DNA from: Amphiscolops sp. MND2022
Lineage: Eukaryota
DNA length: 64,000 nt
Assembly (NCBI GenBank): GCA_964187785.1
Contig: OZ076421.1
Span: 19,158,001 to 19,222,000 of the forward strand
Direction: 5' to 3'
Positions 1 to 10,599 of this stretch are shown here, piece by piece. Position 1 is the stretch's first letter. Each line of letters starts with the position of its first letter. Below the pieces are notes generated by a model, which did no database searches, had not been told where the DNA came from, and saw only the letters and a list, made by a program, of their open reading frames with translations. Position numbers and translations under genes: made by a program.

Positions 1-596
1 TGTACGAAAAAAAAACAAAAAGTAATAATTCGACTTTGTTGGCACTTAGTTGGTTGTCAAATATGCAAAAATGAGAAAAATTGTGAATGAATAAATAATT
101 ATCTACTTATAACTTCCTAAGTACGACACAGATGGCGGACTTTCAAGTTACAGTAACTATGGGAAACGACAGACCTATGAATGTACAAATATTTGCAGAG
201 ATTTACAGGGACGCCGTTTGTATCTTAACCACAGCAGTTCACGAAGAACGACAACACGGCACGAATTGGCTCTGAGACCAGCAATGAAAAAGTGAGAACA
301 CTAATTTTTTTAGCACGGTGCTCTAACGCGGACACAGTGCAAATGTTCTCTTTTGCATTCGCAGCAGACTTCCATTTTGTGTATGCTGCATGGAAAATTT
401 TGCAAGGATTCTGCCAAGAAGCCTTATGGGAATTTCCACTGCTGCAGCGCTTATAAATTTTGTCTCTATTGAACGATATCATTGTAATGGGAATGCAAAA
501 TTTCCCTGCTTGCTGTTTCGTGCACTTGCAGTATACGGCGCAGGCTCGCTCCGAACATTAGACATCTTTAAAGGGCCGCGACCCGAATGTGAATAT

Positions 597-679
597 ATGA
601 TGTAACTTCATACGAGTATGATGTAACTTCATAAGAGTGTGATGTAACTTCATAAGAGTATGATGTAACTTCATGAAGT
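597..679. repeat. Minisatellite, ~4 copies of a 21-bp unit (ATGATGTAACTTCATAAGAGT)
   Basis: Units start at 597, 618, 639 and 660 with 1-3 substitutions each. They produce the EVTSYSY repeat in the spurious minus-strand ORF. Confidence 0.9.
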
Positions 680-2045
680 GAATTAGAGTTGAAAAAAAGA
701 GTCGTTTTTTGATGCCGAGTGACTTTTGACCCTAGGATACAAATCATGCAGTCTGAAAACTTTTTCAAACATCCGTTTTAAATAAAGCTGCAAAACTACC
801 AAAAGAAAATAGAAATCAAGAAATTTTGTTGAAACTTTTCACACTCATTTTCTCAATTTGAGTGTCACGTCTTCTGAGAATTTCCCATCAAAATAAAAAT
901 TCATTCTTACCTCTGATCTCATCAACTCCGGTTCTAACGACTGGTTCAGACCAAACAGAGCCCTTTTGAGGCCTAATAATATTTCCACGATTTGTACGTA
1001 CGAATACCCAAGGCGTTTAAAATAGTTACGAAATGTTTAACGAAGAGATAACTCAGGCTTGAAATAGCTCGGATGATGGCAAACAAATGTTCCTAGGGAT
1101 TTGGGACTGAAAATGTTGAACACATGATATTAGGAAGGTAAAATACGCAATGTTTTTGTGCTCATCACAGTTTTTGAATCTGTTGCAATCCCTTGTTGAA
1201 CATGTTTGAACTTTTTACATGTACTTTAATGTTGCCAGCGACTTTTATTATGATAATCTAAATATCTTTCGGAAACATTAATGCGTTAATATTTCCCTGT
1301 TGTGGCCAACTTTTATCAAGCTGCTTTAAAGAATCATCAATGTTTTGGCGGCAATTTTCAGCCGTGAAATTCTGCAAGTTTCAATCAGTTCTAATTTTAA
1401 ATGCAGCTGAGACGTCAACTATTTTGCCGCCATTTTAATGCAAATTAACTTCATTCACAATGTAAACAGCGAACTACCGTCATCTTCAGCGTCCTATTTG
1501 AGAAGCGGTGATTAAATCAAATGCGTATTTTAAGAAATCAATGTGTGAATACAACGTGATCGTGTCCGTAAAAGAAGGGGGAAATATTTTCAAATTTAAT
1601 TGCAGTAGTGAAAAATGCAGTATAATTCTACAAGATTTACCCACGGAACCTTACTGAATTTTCTAGGTTTTATAAAAACTTACCCTGCATGCAGGCCTGC
1701 AGCATGTAAAAAGTTCCAGCAGTCTCAACTAGGGATCACGTCAGAGTTTTTGTAAAATTCACCTTCCTCGAAAGAATTTTTTTTTCGTCGGAATGTCCAA
1801 GAGAAGTCAGAAAAAAGCCCTTCGAATATGACCCAACACTGAATGAAGAATTTTTTGCTTATAACTGGAAAATAACTGCCCAATGCCAAAAGCGCTTCTT
1901 ACATTACAGTGCCAAAAGTGCGTATTTTGGAATTTGCAGTGGAAGTCGGAGGACGGCAGTTTTGGAAAGCGTGCAGCGTAATCCACTGACAAATGCTGTT
2001 ACGTTGCAGTCGATTACACCTTTTGGCAGATTTCCTATCAGCGGA

Positions 2046-3584
2046 CGTGATAATCCTCTAAGGACTCTGCATCAGATTCTTCGTCTGAGTGTATTGTTAC
2101 ATCTACATCTGATTCAGCCCGAAACATAGGCTTAGCAGGAAGTCTCAAGTCTTTCATTTTAGAAGCTCTTAGAGGATGATCTTCATTTTCTGAATCTGAA
2201 TTTTTGTTTAATGATGCGTGAACTCCTATAGACTTGTTAGTTTTAGACCCCGACGCTTGGGGTTCCTGATTTTCATTAAGCTCTGATCTTGGGTTTGTTA
2301 CTGTCGATGCACTTTTGTTTGACTTGATTTCTTTCAGAATTGCTTCAAACTTGTTGTCTATTTCTTCTCTCATTCTCTCGATTCTATCATTATTCTTTTG
2401 TTCTATAATCTAGGTCCAAGCTTGGATTTCATTACTAATTTGGCTTGGTTCAACCATTGGGTTTTCTGAGACGTTTTCACCTAAATTCTCCTGTAAAACT
2501 GAGTTAAAATTAGTCAAAGTCTCATTACCTTGAGCTGACGTATCTACTTGTGCCTCAATTGGGTTTCTGTCTGGAGACGGTGTTTCTAGCCTTCTAGATC
2601 TCCTGTTTCTCTTATTCCCCATCTTTCTCAAGTGAAAACGATCGATTTGCAGGGTCAAGAATTTGAATTGAAGACAAATAGTCAAAGGAAATCAATTTGA
2701 AATGTTCAAAGATCCCAAAATGTAGAACAAAGGTTGCAATAGTTATCAGAGAACAAACTGGTTCTGAAGAAAGTTATATCAGTTGTGTTCGCTCCTTTAT
2801 TCCTCTCGAAAGTACAAAATCACAAAAAGATGACACGCAATTTTACAAGCATCATTCCTAGGAAAACTAATAATAGCACTTCGTCAGAATACCGTCATCC
2901 TATTTATATCTCATGAGTCATTTTCCATGACATTCAGAAATGATAACGAGGCTTATAAGACCCTAGAAAGGTGTTAAACAACGATATATCATGGACTTAT
3001 ACTACTGTATATGGAAAAGCAAAGTTAATTCTTCATATTAAAGCAAGCATAGCGAAAAACGTATTGTACCGAGTACTCATTGTTCCTCAAACCGCAGGAT
3101 GACGTATAATGAAAAATGCATAGTGTTGAGTAAATGTCACCGCTCAAACCGCATGGTGACGTATAATGAAAGTTAGAAAGATGCATAGTGTCGAGTAAAT
3201 GTCACTGCTCAAACCGCATAGTGACGTATAGTGAAAGTCAGAAAGATGCATATGCGCATAGTACCGCATACTCATTAGCACTCAAAACGCACAATGTCGT
3301 ATACAATTGGTACTGCTTGATTAAAATGAACTACTAGCACTGCATTAAGATCATCAGGAGTAACTAAAAACATCATTAAATCCTCTTAAGGTTTGGCAAA
3401 TCATTTTAAGACATCAGTTTTACAAAATAAATCAACTAAATGACCCTGATTACAACAAATATTTACAAAACAAACAAACTATATGACTTGCAAATGAGTC
3501 CTTGGGTTTTGGAAGTTTTTAACAAGCGTTGTTTGTTTTCTTACTGGTGCACACCGGACCCATCGCAACGCTGTGGCCGCGACA
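2046..3584 (-). repeat. 3' LTR of element 1
   Basis: Direct repeat of 16609-18147 (offset 14563). On the element strand it begins TGTCGCGG and ends ATTATCACG (CG instead of CA). I found ~5 transitions versus the 5' LTR. Confidence 0.96.
3087..3270 (+). repeat. Three 58-65 bp tandem units in the LTR, each carrying CCGCATAGTGACGTATA-like motifs (copy in the 5' LTR at ~17650-17833)
   Basis: CTCAAACCGCA(G/T)..TGACGTATA.TGAAA units at ~3087, ~3144 and ~3209, plus GCGCATAGTACCGCATA at 3254. Confidence 0.85.
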
Positions 3585-4596
3585 GTCCTGCATTTTTGAA
3601 GATAAACAACGCAGCTTCAAAACCATCTATGAAGGCTCTAGAACGCACCCCGCGATCCCTGACTGTTTCCTCGTTGTAAGCGGTAGCGCCAAGATAGTCC
3701 CCCAATGTTTCCAGTGCGACTTGATCAAAGGTACGGCCACACCAGTCACAATATCCGGAGACGTTTGGCATAACTGTTGGGAACAATCTGAAGTTTTGTC
3801 TCTCATTGCCTGGTATCATAAGGATATTAGTACTATGTAGTATGTTGAATGGAAATCCAGCTTGGACTACTTGGTGGAATTGACCATTGAAGTTGGTGGG
3901 GACAATTCCCATGTTTCTAGGGGGCAGATGTATCACTACTGGTGTGATGTCATTTGCAACAGGGTGTGTTAATTCTTCTGGGATGAACGCGGCCTGCGGA
4001 TAATCGTCTTCTAGTTCATATGTTGGTACGTCAGTAGCCCCTCCTGTATTTGTATCTACTGTCTGTACTTGATGAGAATTAGGGACATTCTGTACATAAT
4101 TCGAAGGGTAAGTCGGCACTGGTCTAACAGTTTCATTTGGTGGTTGCAATGAGACCCTTGGTGTGGGCAGTATTGCTGCAGTTGGCCGACCATAATTATT
4201 AAGCTGTACTCTGGGTTCTGTGACAATTGCTACTGGAGAAATACCTGGTCCTTCGAACTCTGAATCAATGAAAGACAGCGGAGATGCTGGAGAAGAGGAA
4301 GGACCCTCCTCTATCAACTCCATGATTTCCCTTTCGATGTGGGTTCCAGCAGTGTCGATGGATTCTTGTTGTCCCATGCAATTTGAAGGGGGAAACAAAG
4401 AAGCAGTTGCAGAGCCCACGAAAGCTGTCATCATGTTTGATCCCATTGTATTGACCCTGAACCTTTCGTCCAGCTGGGCAATATTGCCAGGTTCAACAAT
4501 GAACTCCTCCCCAGATTCACTGGAGATGTCTATCACCCCAGGGGAGATGGGTGAGTAGCCCAGATCCTCGTCGAGATTGAATTGTAGTGAGTCCAT
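3541..4596 (-). CDS. Accessory ORF of element 1 (351 aa, unknown function; acidic/Pro-rich N-terminus, C-terminal CDWC-containing region)
   Basis: Uninterrupted ATG-initiated 351-codon ORF on the gag-pol strand. The stop lies 44 nt inside the 3' LTR. No signal peptide or transmembrane segment is visible. Confidence 0.75.
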   Translation of the reverse strand: MDSLQFNLDEDLGYSPISPGVIDISSESGEEFIVEPGNIAQLDERFRVNTMGSNMMTAFVGSATASLFPPSNCMGQQESIDTAGTHIEREIMELIEEGPSSSPASPLSFIDSEFEGPGISPVAIVTEPRVQLNNYGRPTAAILPTPRVSLQPPNETVRPVPTYPSNYVQNVPNSHQVQTVDTNTGGATDVPTYELEDDYPQAAFIPEELTHPVANDITPVVIHLPPRNMGIVPTNFNGQFHQVVQAGFPFNILHSTNILMIPGNERQNFRLFPTVMPNVSGYCDWCGRTFDQVALETLGDYLGATAYNEETVRDRGVRSRAFIDGFEAALFIFKNAGLSRPQRCDGSGVHQ

Positions 4597-5474
4597 TTTC
4601 CAGGTTTTAGTTGGAAATTTATAGGTGAACAGAAATAGAGTTTGAAATTGAAAGCAACTGAATCACAGTTTAATATAGACCATATGGTGATGGAGTTTCC
4701 CTCACTTTTCGTTTTCAGTGGAAAACCCGCGGAAAAATTGAGTGTCATGATTTCAGGTCCCTAAACACCCTTATAAGGGTTTCCACCTAGACTCATATCA
4801 TGAGTTCCTTTTACAGTTGATCATAAACAACTTCCATAAAAGGTAACAAGTTTAGCACTTCAACTGATTTCCTTTTATCATCACCCTTCTTAACATTTCA
4901 CCAGTATTTAAATCGTACATAAACAAATTTGACTTGATATTAGGGATGCTGAAACAAAATACTTTCATGAAAATATTCAATAAAGTAATTCAGAATCAAT
5001 TTATTTGATTTTACATGACTATTTTATAAAAGGAAAAGGATGTTAATAAACGTGTTCCAATCTAATCTAAGGTCCGTTAGTGAGTTGAATTTTATCATTA
5101 GGAGAGACATCCAGTAATGTTAGTCCTGCATTTAAAATGCAAGTGCAGTTAATTAATGTTCCGGGTGAATTCCAGTATCTCTTGGTAAATGATTTATGGG
5201 TCTTAGAAAGCGCCAACAGTTCAAATTGTTACATACATATTGGTTCCAAATGAGCATTGGTATCACAGGCTAAACATCATTAAAAAGGGTAACTAAGCAA
5301 GTATACAGTATATCAATATTGCCACTCAACTTTCAGTTGTGGTAAACACACAGTTTCTTCAGTTCCATTACGTAATATCACTCCATTTGCCCATTCTTGT
5401 TGATCTACGGTGTTAATTCATCTCTGTCATGCATACAGCGAAAACCGCTGAATGTCGAGTATACGTCAATGCTC

Positions 5475-5593
5475 GATCCGCATACTGCCGTATATCCATC
5501 ATTGGTAGATCCGCATACTGCCGCATAATTTAAATCAGCAATACGCATATTGTCGAGTAGTCGTTAGTGGTAGATCCGCATACTGCCGCATAC
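5475..5593 (+). repeat. Three copies of GATCCGCATACTGCCG(T/C)ATA in the divergent intergenic region of the cargo
   Basis: Copies at 5475, 5508 and 5573; same core as the LTR motif. Confidence 0.85.
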
Positions 5594-6036
5594 TCTCGCT
5601 TTCTAATTCATTCCATTCAGCATACATGTATACCAACGTTGTTGGCAGAAGTCAGATGTGTCAATCAATTACGCTGGCAGACGTAATTGACATTTGAACA
5701 GCCAATCATATTGCAGTATTCTCTACGCATATTTGCGCACAATTGTTCCACTTGCTCTTTTGCCTTTGTCTATTGCATTAACGTTACGCCACGCCTTTTA
5801 CTGTTTCTTTTGAATTTTCAAGTCTCTTACCAGTTCATTTAGTCTGTTCAGTTAAAGTTCTAGTATATTAAACACAATCTTCCAAATCTTGGATTCTTCA
5901 TCTTTAGTTCCCCTTTTATCTGTTTTCAATTTCCTTACTCTGATCTATTGTATTTTCTCCTCGTTCACTTCTGGAACAAATACTTTGAGCTTGCATCAGA
6001 ATTTTCCTGAATTACTCCCTGGTTCTGTAAAAAAGA

Positions 6037-9000
6037 ATGGATTCACCACAAGAGGGAAGCCCCGGAGGGAAAAAAAGATCCCGGAAAAGTTATGATCCTT
6101 TGCAACGTGACGACTTCTGGCACAGTGATCCGCCGCCTGAGACGTCATCCCGTAAGTTCAACATATTTCGTTTTAATTCTGTTTCATTTTGACTTGTTTT
6201 GAATTTGGTTGATTTGCAAAGCTGGCCAGGCTAGCAAAAATAAAATGACAAGATTATTATCTTTGTCAAGTTCAAATTTTTGAAACGTTTCCGCTTCCAA
6301 TTTTTAAACAACATCCGTTCCAATTTTATTTCCTGTCCCCGCGTCCGGTTCAAGGCAGTTAAAAACGGTTATTGCTTGTGAAATTTGTTCTTTTGTTAAT
6401 CAACAGATCAATTGTTTCAGTTGAACAAGGATCGTCCCAGAACGTCCAAACCACTCCAAACAACTCTCCTGCCAAAGTCTACACATCTTTGAACGTTGTG
6501 ACTCCACAGACTTCTAAGGTTACAGAGGAAGTGGATATCCCCAATACCCCAACTTTGCAGATCAACGAAGAAGTAGCAGGTGAGCCACCGAGTGGACATA
6601 CATCCACAGAGCCTCCTGAAGTTACTTCCCAGGGTAACCCAAGTCAAAAAGGGGATTTAGCTTCACGAAGTAATTCGCCGCCATTTGTGAACGTTACCCC
6701 AACGAAAGCTATGAATGAGCCAATGACGACATTCCCTCAAGGGGTACTTGATGATTTCATCACGCAGGGTAATTCTCAGATACATTCTCTTCAGTTTGAA
6801 CAGTACGTCACTCCTAGTGAGGATGGTGCAACAGGATTCACCACCGGGCAGATACCCGAAACCACGGTTTCTCTTAGCACGGCTAATGACCAAGGACAAA
6901 CAACTGGTCAGGACACAGAAGGCTTGGGTAACATTCCCAGATCAGAGTTCCCCAATGTTAGTGTTACTCGACAGGAGGTCTTATTTCTCCACAATTTCCT
7001 TGGGAGGATCCCACAAGCCTTCATCACCGGAGAAGAGACTGGATGTGGAGACACTATGGCACTTACTTTGATAGATGATGTACCGCAATCTGCTTTATTA
7101 ACTACATCAAGCCAAGAAGAAGCACTTGTCCAATCTACTTCAAGAACTGCGCCGACTTACTCAGAGCATAATCTCCCTGAAGTACGGGGGAAACGACGCC
7201 GCCCTAGATACTCCTTAACTGGTAGTATGTTTAAAAGACACCCAGTTTTGAAATTCTCTGCCACAGGTCCACTGGATCAAGAGTTATCACCTTTCAAGTG
7301 GTGGTGTAGGGTGTGCCGTGTTGAATTATCGTTAATGAGTCGTGGGAGTCTGGAACTGATATCCCATTACAGGTCCGAATCTCACCTCGTAAGGGAACAC
7401 CGAATCCGAATGGAGATTCCAGGAATGCCCCTTTACGACAAAGACGAACATGAATTGCTTGGAATTTCACTGCAGGAAGCCAAAAAGAAGGCGAAGGACA
7501 CCTACCCAATTCCTCCTCAATTGGATACGTACCGACCTCTAGTGGGACAAGATTCAGTACCCGATTTTAGTGCTTTCACAACCCCAACTGAGAAGATATT
7601 TTCGCAGATAAACATTCTGGAATTTGGGTTAAGGCACGGAGGTAACGTCGCCAGTTTGACCGGAATGTATGACGAGTTGGTCAGACTTACAGCAAGTGAT
7701 CGGCTATCGTTTCAAAACTGGAGCAATGAACGTCTTTTCGTAAGTTTCTTTGTGAATTTTTTTTAACACACAATGGTTTAACCATATTCTTTCTCCCTCA
7801 TTAAAGGTTTCAATTACCTTGAAGTTACACTATAAGTTGAAGGTTTCACCATTTTCCAATACCTTAACACTTTCTTTGTTTGCAGGGTATCATAGTCTAC
7901 ATGTTCCGAGAACTCATGGACTACTGTGTACGATCTATATCTTCTTCGGGGTACTATTCATTGGCCATACAACATACTCCGGTTGCCACATACGTTATTC
8001 TTTGCTTTTGGGCCGAGAATGTGCTGTATCGAGTGTGCATAGGGGGCGCCCCTCGGGGAATGTTACTACCAAGGAAGGTCCTTTCTCTTGTGGCTTCCTT
8101 TCTCAGTCTGTTCGAAACATTCCCAAATTGTGTATCCCTCATTGGATTCAGTGACAAATTAAATGATTGTCTATCGTCTTGTTTGCCCGGATTAAAGCCC
8201 CCTTCGACTGTCAACCCATTTGGACCGAACGAATTTGAGCGAACATTAGCAGGCCCTACCGCTCAGGTCATAGAACGACACGATTTCCGTTCTATCTTGG
8301 ATTATATATTGATGAAATTGCGGACTGCGCTAGACAGAGATTGGCTGGAGAAATTACCCCTTCTGCACAAAGTAGGTTTTCAACTTTGGTTTTTTTCTTT
8401 TCCATTGTGATGTTTTGTACATCTTCCCCTATTTTGTTTAGTGTGTGACAAACTTGAGCTATTCCCTTTCTGAAGCTTCTTCTTTGATTGAGCAGCTTTC
8501 CAACAACTGGAATCACGTGCAGGATCACCTAGAACAAGTTGCCCGCCTTCCTATCTATCGATACCATATGAGAGAGGTAGGTATTATTATCCCAGCTCCT
8601 TCCATTGTAATCTGAATCCATTTCTTAATCTTTTCCTTTTCAGCCCAATACGCTAGACGAGTGTTTTCGTCTAGACACAGCTTATCTGGCCCGTCTATTC
8701 ATTATCAGATGTGTCCTTGACCATTGTTAGTCAATTTATCTTTATATTATAACAGCGGTTTCATCTTTTGTTACGTTGTTTTCCTCTTTTTGGAGTAATG
8801 TACTATAAGCACCATCTCATTCCAAAACTTCGAACATCAGGAGTGTCATTCATTTAGCTCATCATAAGTGACACGTGCTTTTTGTTTTCTTCTGAATAAT
8901 CACGAGTAATCATCAGTTCTCAATCCGCATAATTGCGTATGACCAATCGTATTTGCTCAGAACTTCCAAATCCAGCTGCATTGCTGATTCCGCATAGTGA

Positions 9001-10381
9001 CGTATAATCACTACTACTCGTTCCGCATAGTGACGCATAGTCACTACTACACATTCCGCATAGTGCCGCATAGTCAATATCTCCTACTCAACATAGTGTC
9101 GAGTATTCATTGTTCTCGGAACCGCGTAAAGCCGTATAGCCCTGGTGTTTATACATTGAGCTATATGATGTGTTTAATCAAGCTTATCAAAAGCGTGTAC
9201 TATGCGTGATTAGTTCTCTTCTTCATGAAAGCATGCGTGATTTCTATAATTGATGATTTTTGTGTGTTTTAGATACTTCGGCATTTTCGGACATACAGAA
9301 ACGACTTGATGGAGGGTTCCGCATATACAACCAATTCGCGGTTTTTATCTACAGTCAGATGCAGAACATTCTTCCTGACAGCATTTTGGGAAATATCTCG
9401 GAATGGGATTCTTATCTTAATTTGGACCTGGATTCAACTAATTTGCCGTTTAAAACAGCAGACGACTTCGTCTTGAATGAGGATTTTCACCGTTTGGTGT
9501 ATTCAAGTAAACTCCCTCGGCCAAGCAAATTCATTGACCAGTCAGTGAGTTTCTGCAAGGCTTATTGCAAACAGTTGGTGGGTCACGGGATTGTAAAGTC
9601 AAAGTTGTTGCGGGGACTCTCTGCTTTTGATTCCTCGGTGATGCTCGAGAGCCCAGAAGACGTGTATGTTGATGCGATTGAAAAGTTGTCTTCACATTTT
9701 GTTTCTACCGGACTATTCTCTTCTAGTGACAAGGTGAAGCAGATAAGCCAGTATCGTTCCTTCGTAACCAAGCTGAGGACAAGTCCCGTACCAGAGCATG
9801 ATGATTGGATTCAGTTTGTCGTTGAACATTATGAAATCCAGTGTCGACCCGAGTTGATGCGACTATTCAAACATTCGTGTCTTTGTTTAGTTCCATTCGT
9901 GGAAATACCGCCACCATTCAAGGTACCTATGCCAGATCTTGAGTCGGATAAACATACGTTTGAATCTTGTGTGTTTAGTCTTCAGGTAGCATATCAGACT
10001 GTGCCACACGTCTCCAGCTTATTTCGAAATTCCAAGGCGATCAGCCGTGCTTTTCGCCTGTTGGGACGTGGGACTGATTTGTTATTGGACAAAAAGTTCT
10101 CGGTTTGGAATTTCCTGAAGGGAAGCAATGCCCGGAAAACTTCTCTCCAAGGTAAATTGGAAACTGGTTACCGACAAGCTGTGCTACGTGCTGAGAAACC
10201 TACCGTTTCCTCTACTTCAACAACTCCAAGTGTGAGTCGCCGCAGCAGTGTACATAGTTCCCCGTCCCCTGATCCTTCATTGGGTACACTTAATGTTCGT
10301 CTTAGTCGTTGCTCAGAGCCGACCCAAGAGGGCACTTCAAAGAGAGTGGTTGCTAAAGCTCCGAAAAGCAAGAAAAACTGA
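6037..10381 (+). CDS. Antisense six-exon cargo gene, 1081 aa: disordered N-terminus, C2H2/BED-TTF-like zinc finger, probable inactive hAT-transposase-like body. Exons 6037-6151, 6421-7739, 7886-8371, 8442-8576, 8644-8725, 9273-10381
   Basis: All introns are GT-AG (GTAAGT, GTAAGT, GTAGGT, GTAGGT, GTTAGT; pyrimidine tract + AG) with matching phases 1,0,0,0,1. The joined CDS is 3246 nt with no stop. Zn finger WWCRVC-x16-HYRSESH; basic NLS-like RGKRRRPR. The hAT resemblance is my pattern recognition, not a search result. Confidence 0.85.
8924..9138 (+). repeat. CCGCATAGTG(A/C)CG(T/C)ATA motif cluster in intron 5 of the cargo gene
   Basis: Near-perfect copies at 8990, 9023 and 9056; weaker ones at ~8924 and ~9121. 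Confidence 0.85.
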
Positions 10382-10599
10382 CTGTTGTTTGCATTATCTT
10401 GTTGTATTTATAATCTTCTTTTAGTTTTCTGATTGTTGAGTTACTCTGTATCCTGTGTATTTATTTGTTAAAGGAATCGGAGAACAGGATGAAGAAACGC
10501 ACTTGTAGTGCTGATTTGAAAAAGGAAGGATAAAAAAGAGAGTTTCTTCTGTATTTGTTTTCTGAGTACTAGTGATGAGTCAGGGATTGTCAGTTGTTT

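Noticed and set aside
3087-3270. Repeats in the LTR, and at 597-679, as a CRISPR array
   Set aside because: The units are contiguous or the intervening sequences are themselves homologous. There are no unique spacers or cas genes, and the context is eukaryotic.
3541-4596. 351-aa ORF as env
   Set aside because: No signal peptide, furin site or transmembrane helix; the composition is acidic and disordered.
8442-8475. Apparent frameshift in exon 4 of the cargo gene
   Set aside because: On re-reading, the acceptor at 8441 gives an open phase-0 exon (CVTNLSYSLSEASS...), so there is no lesion.
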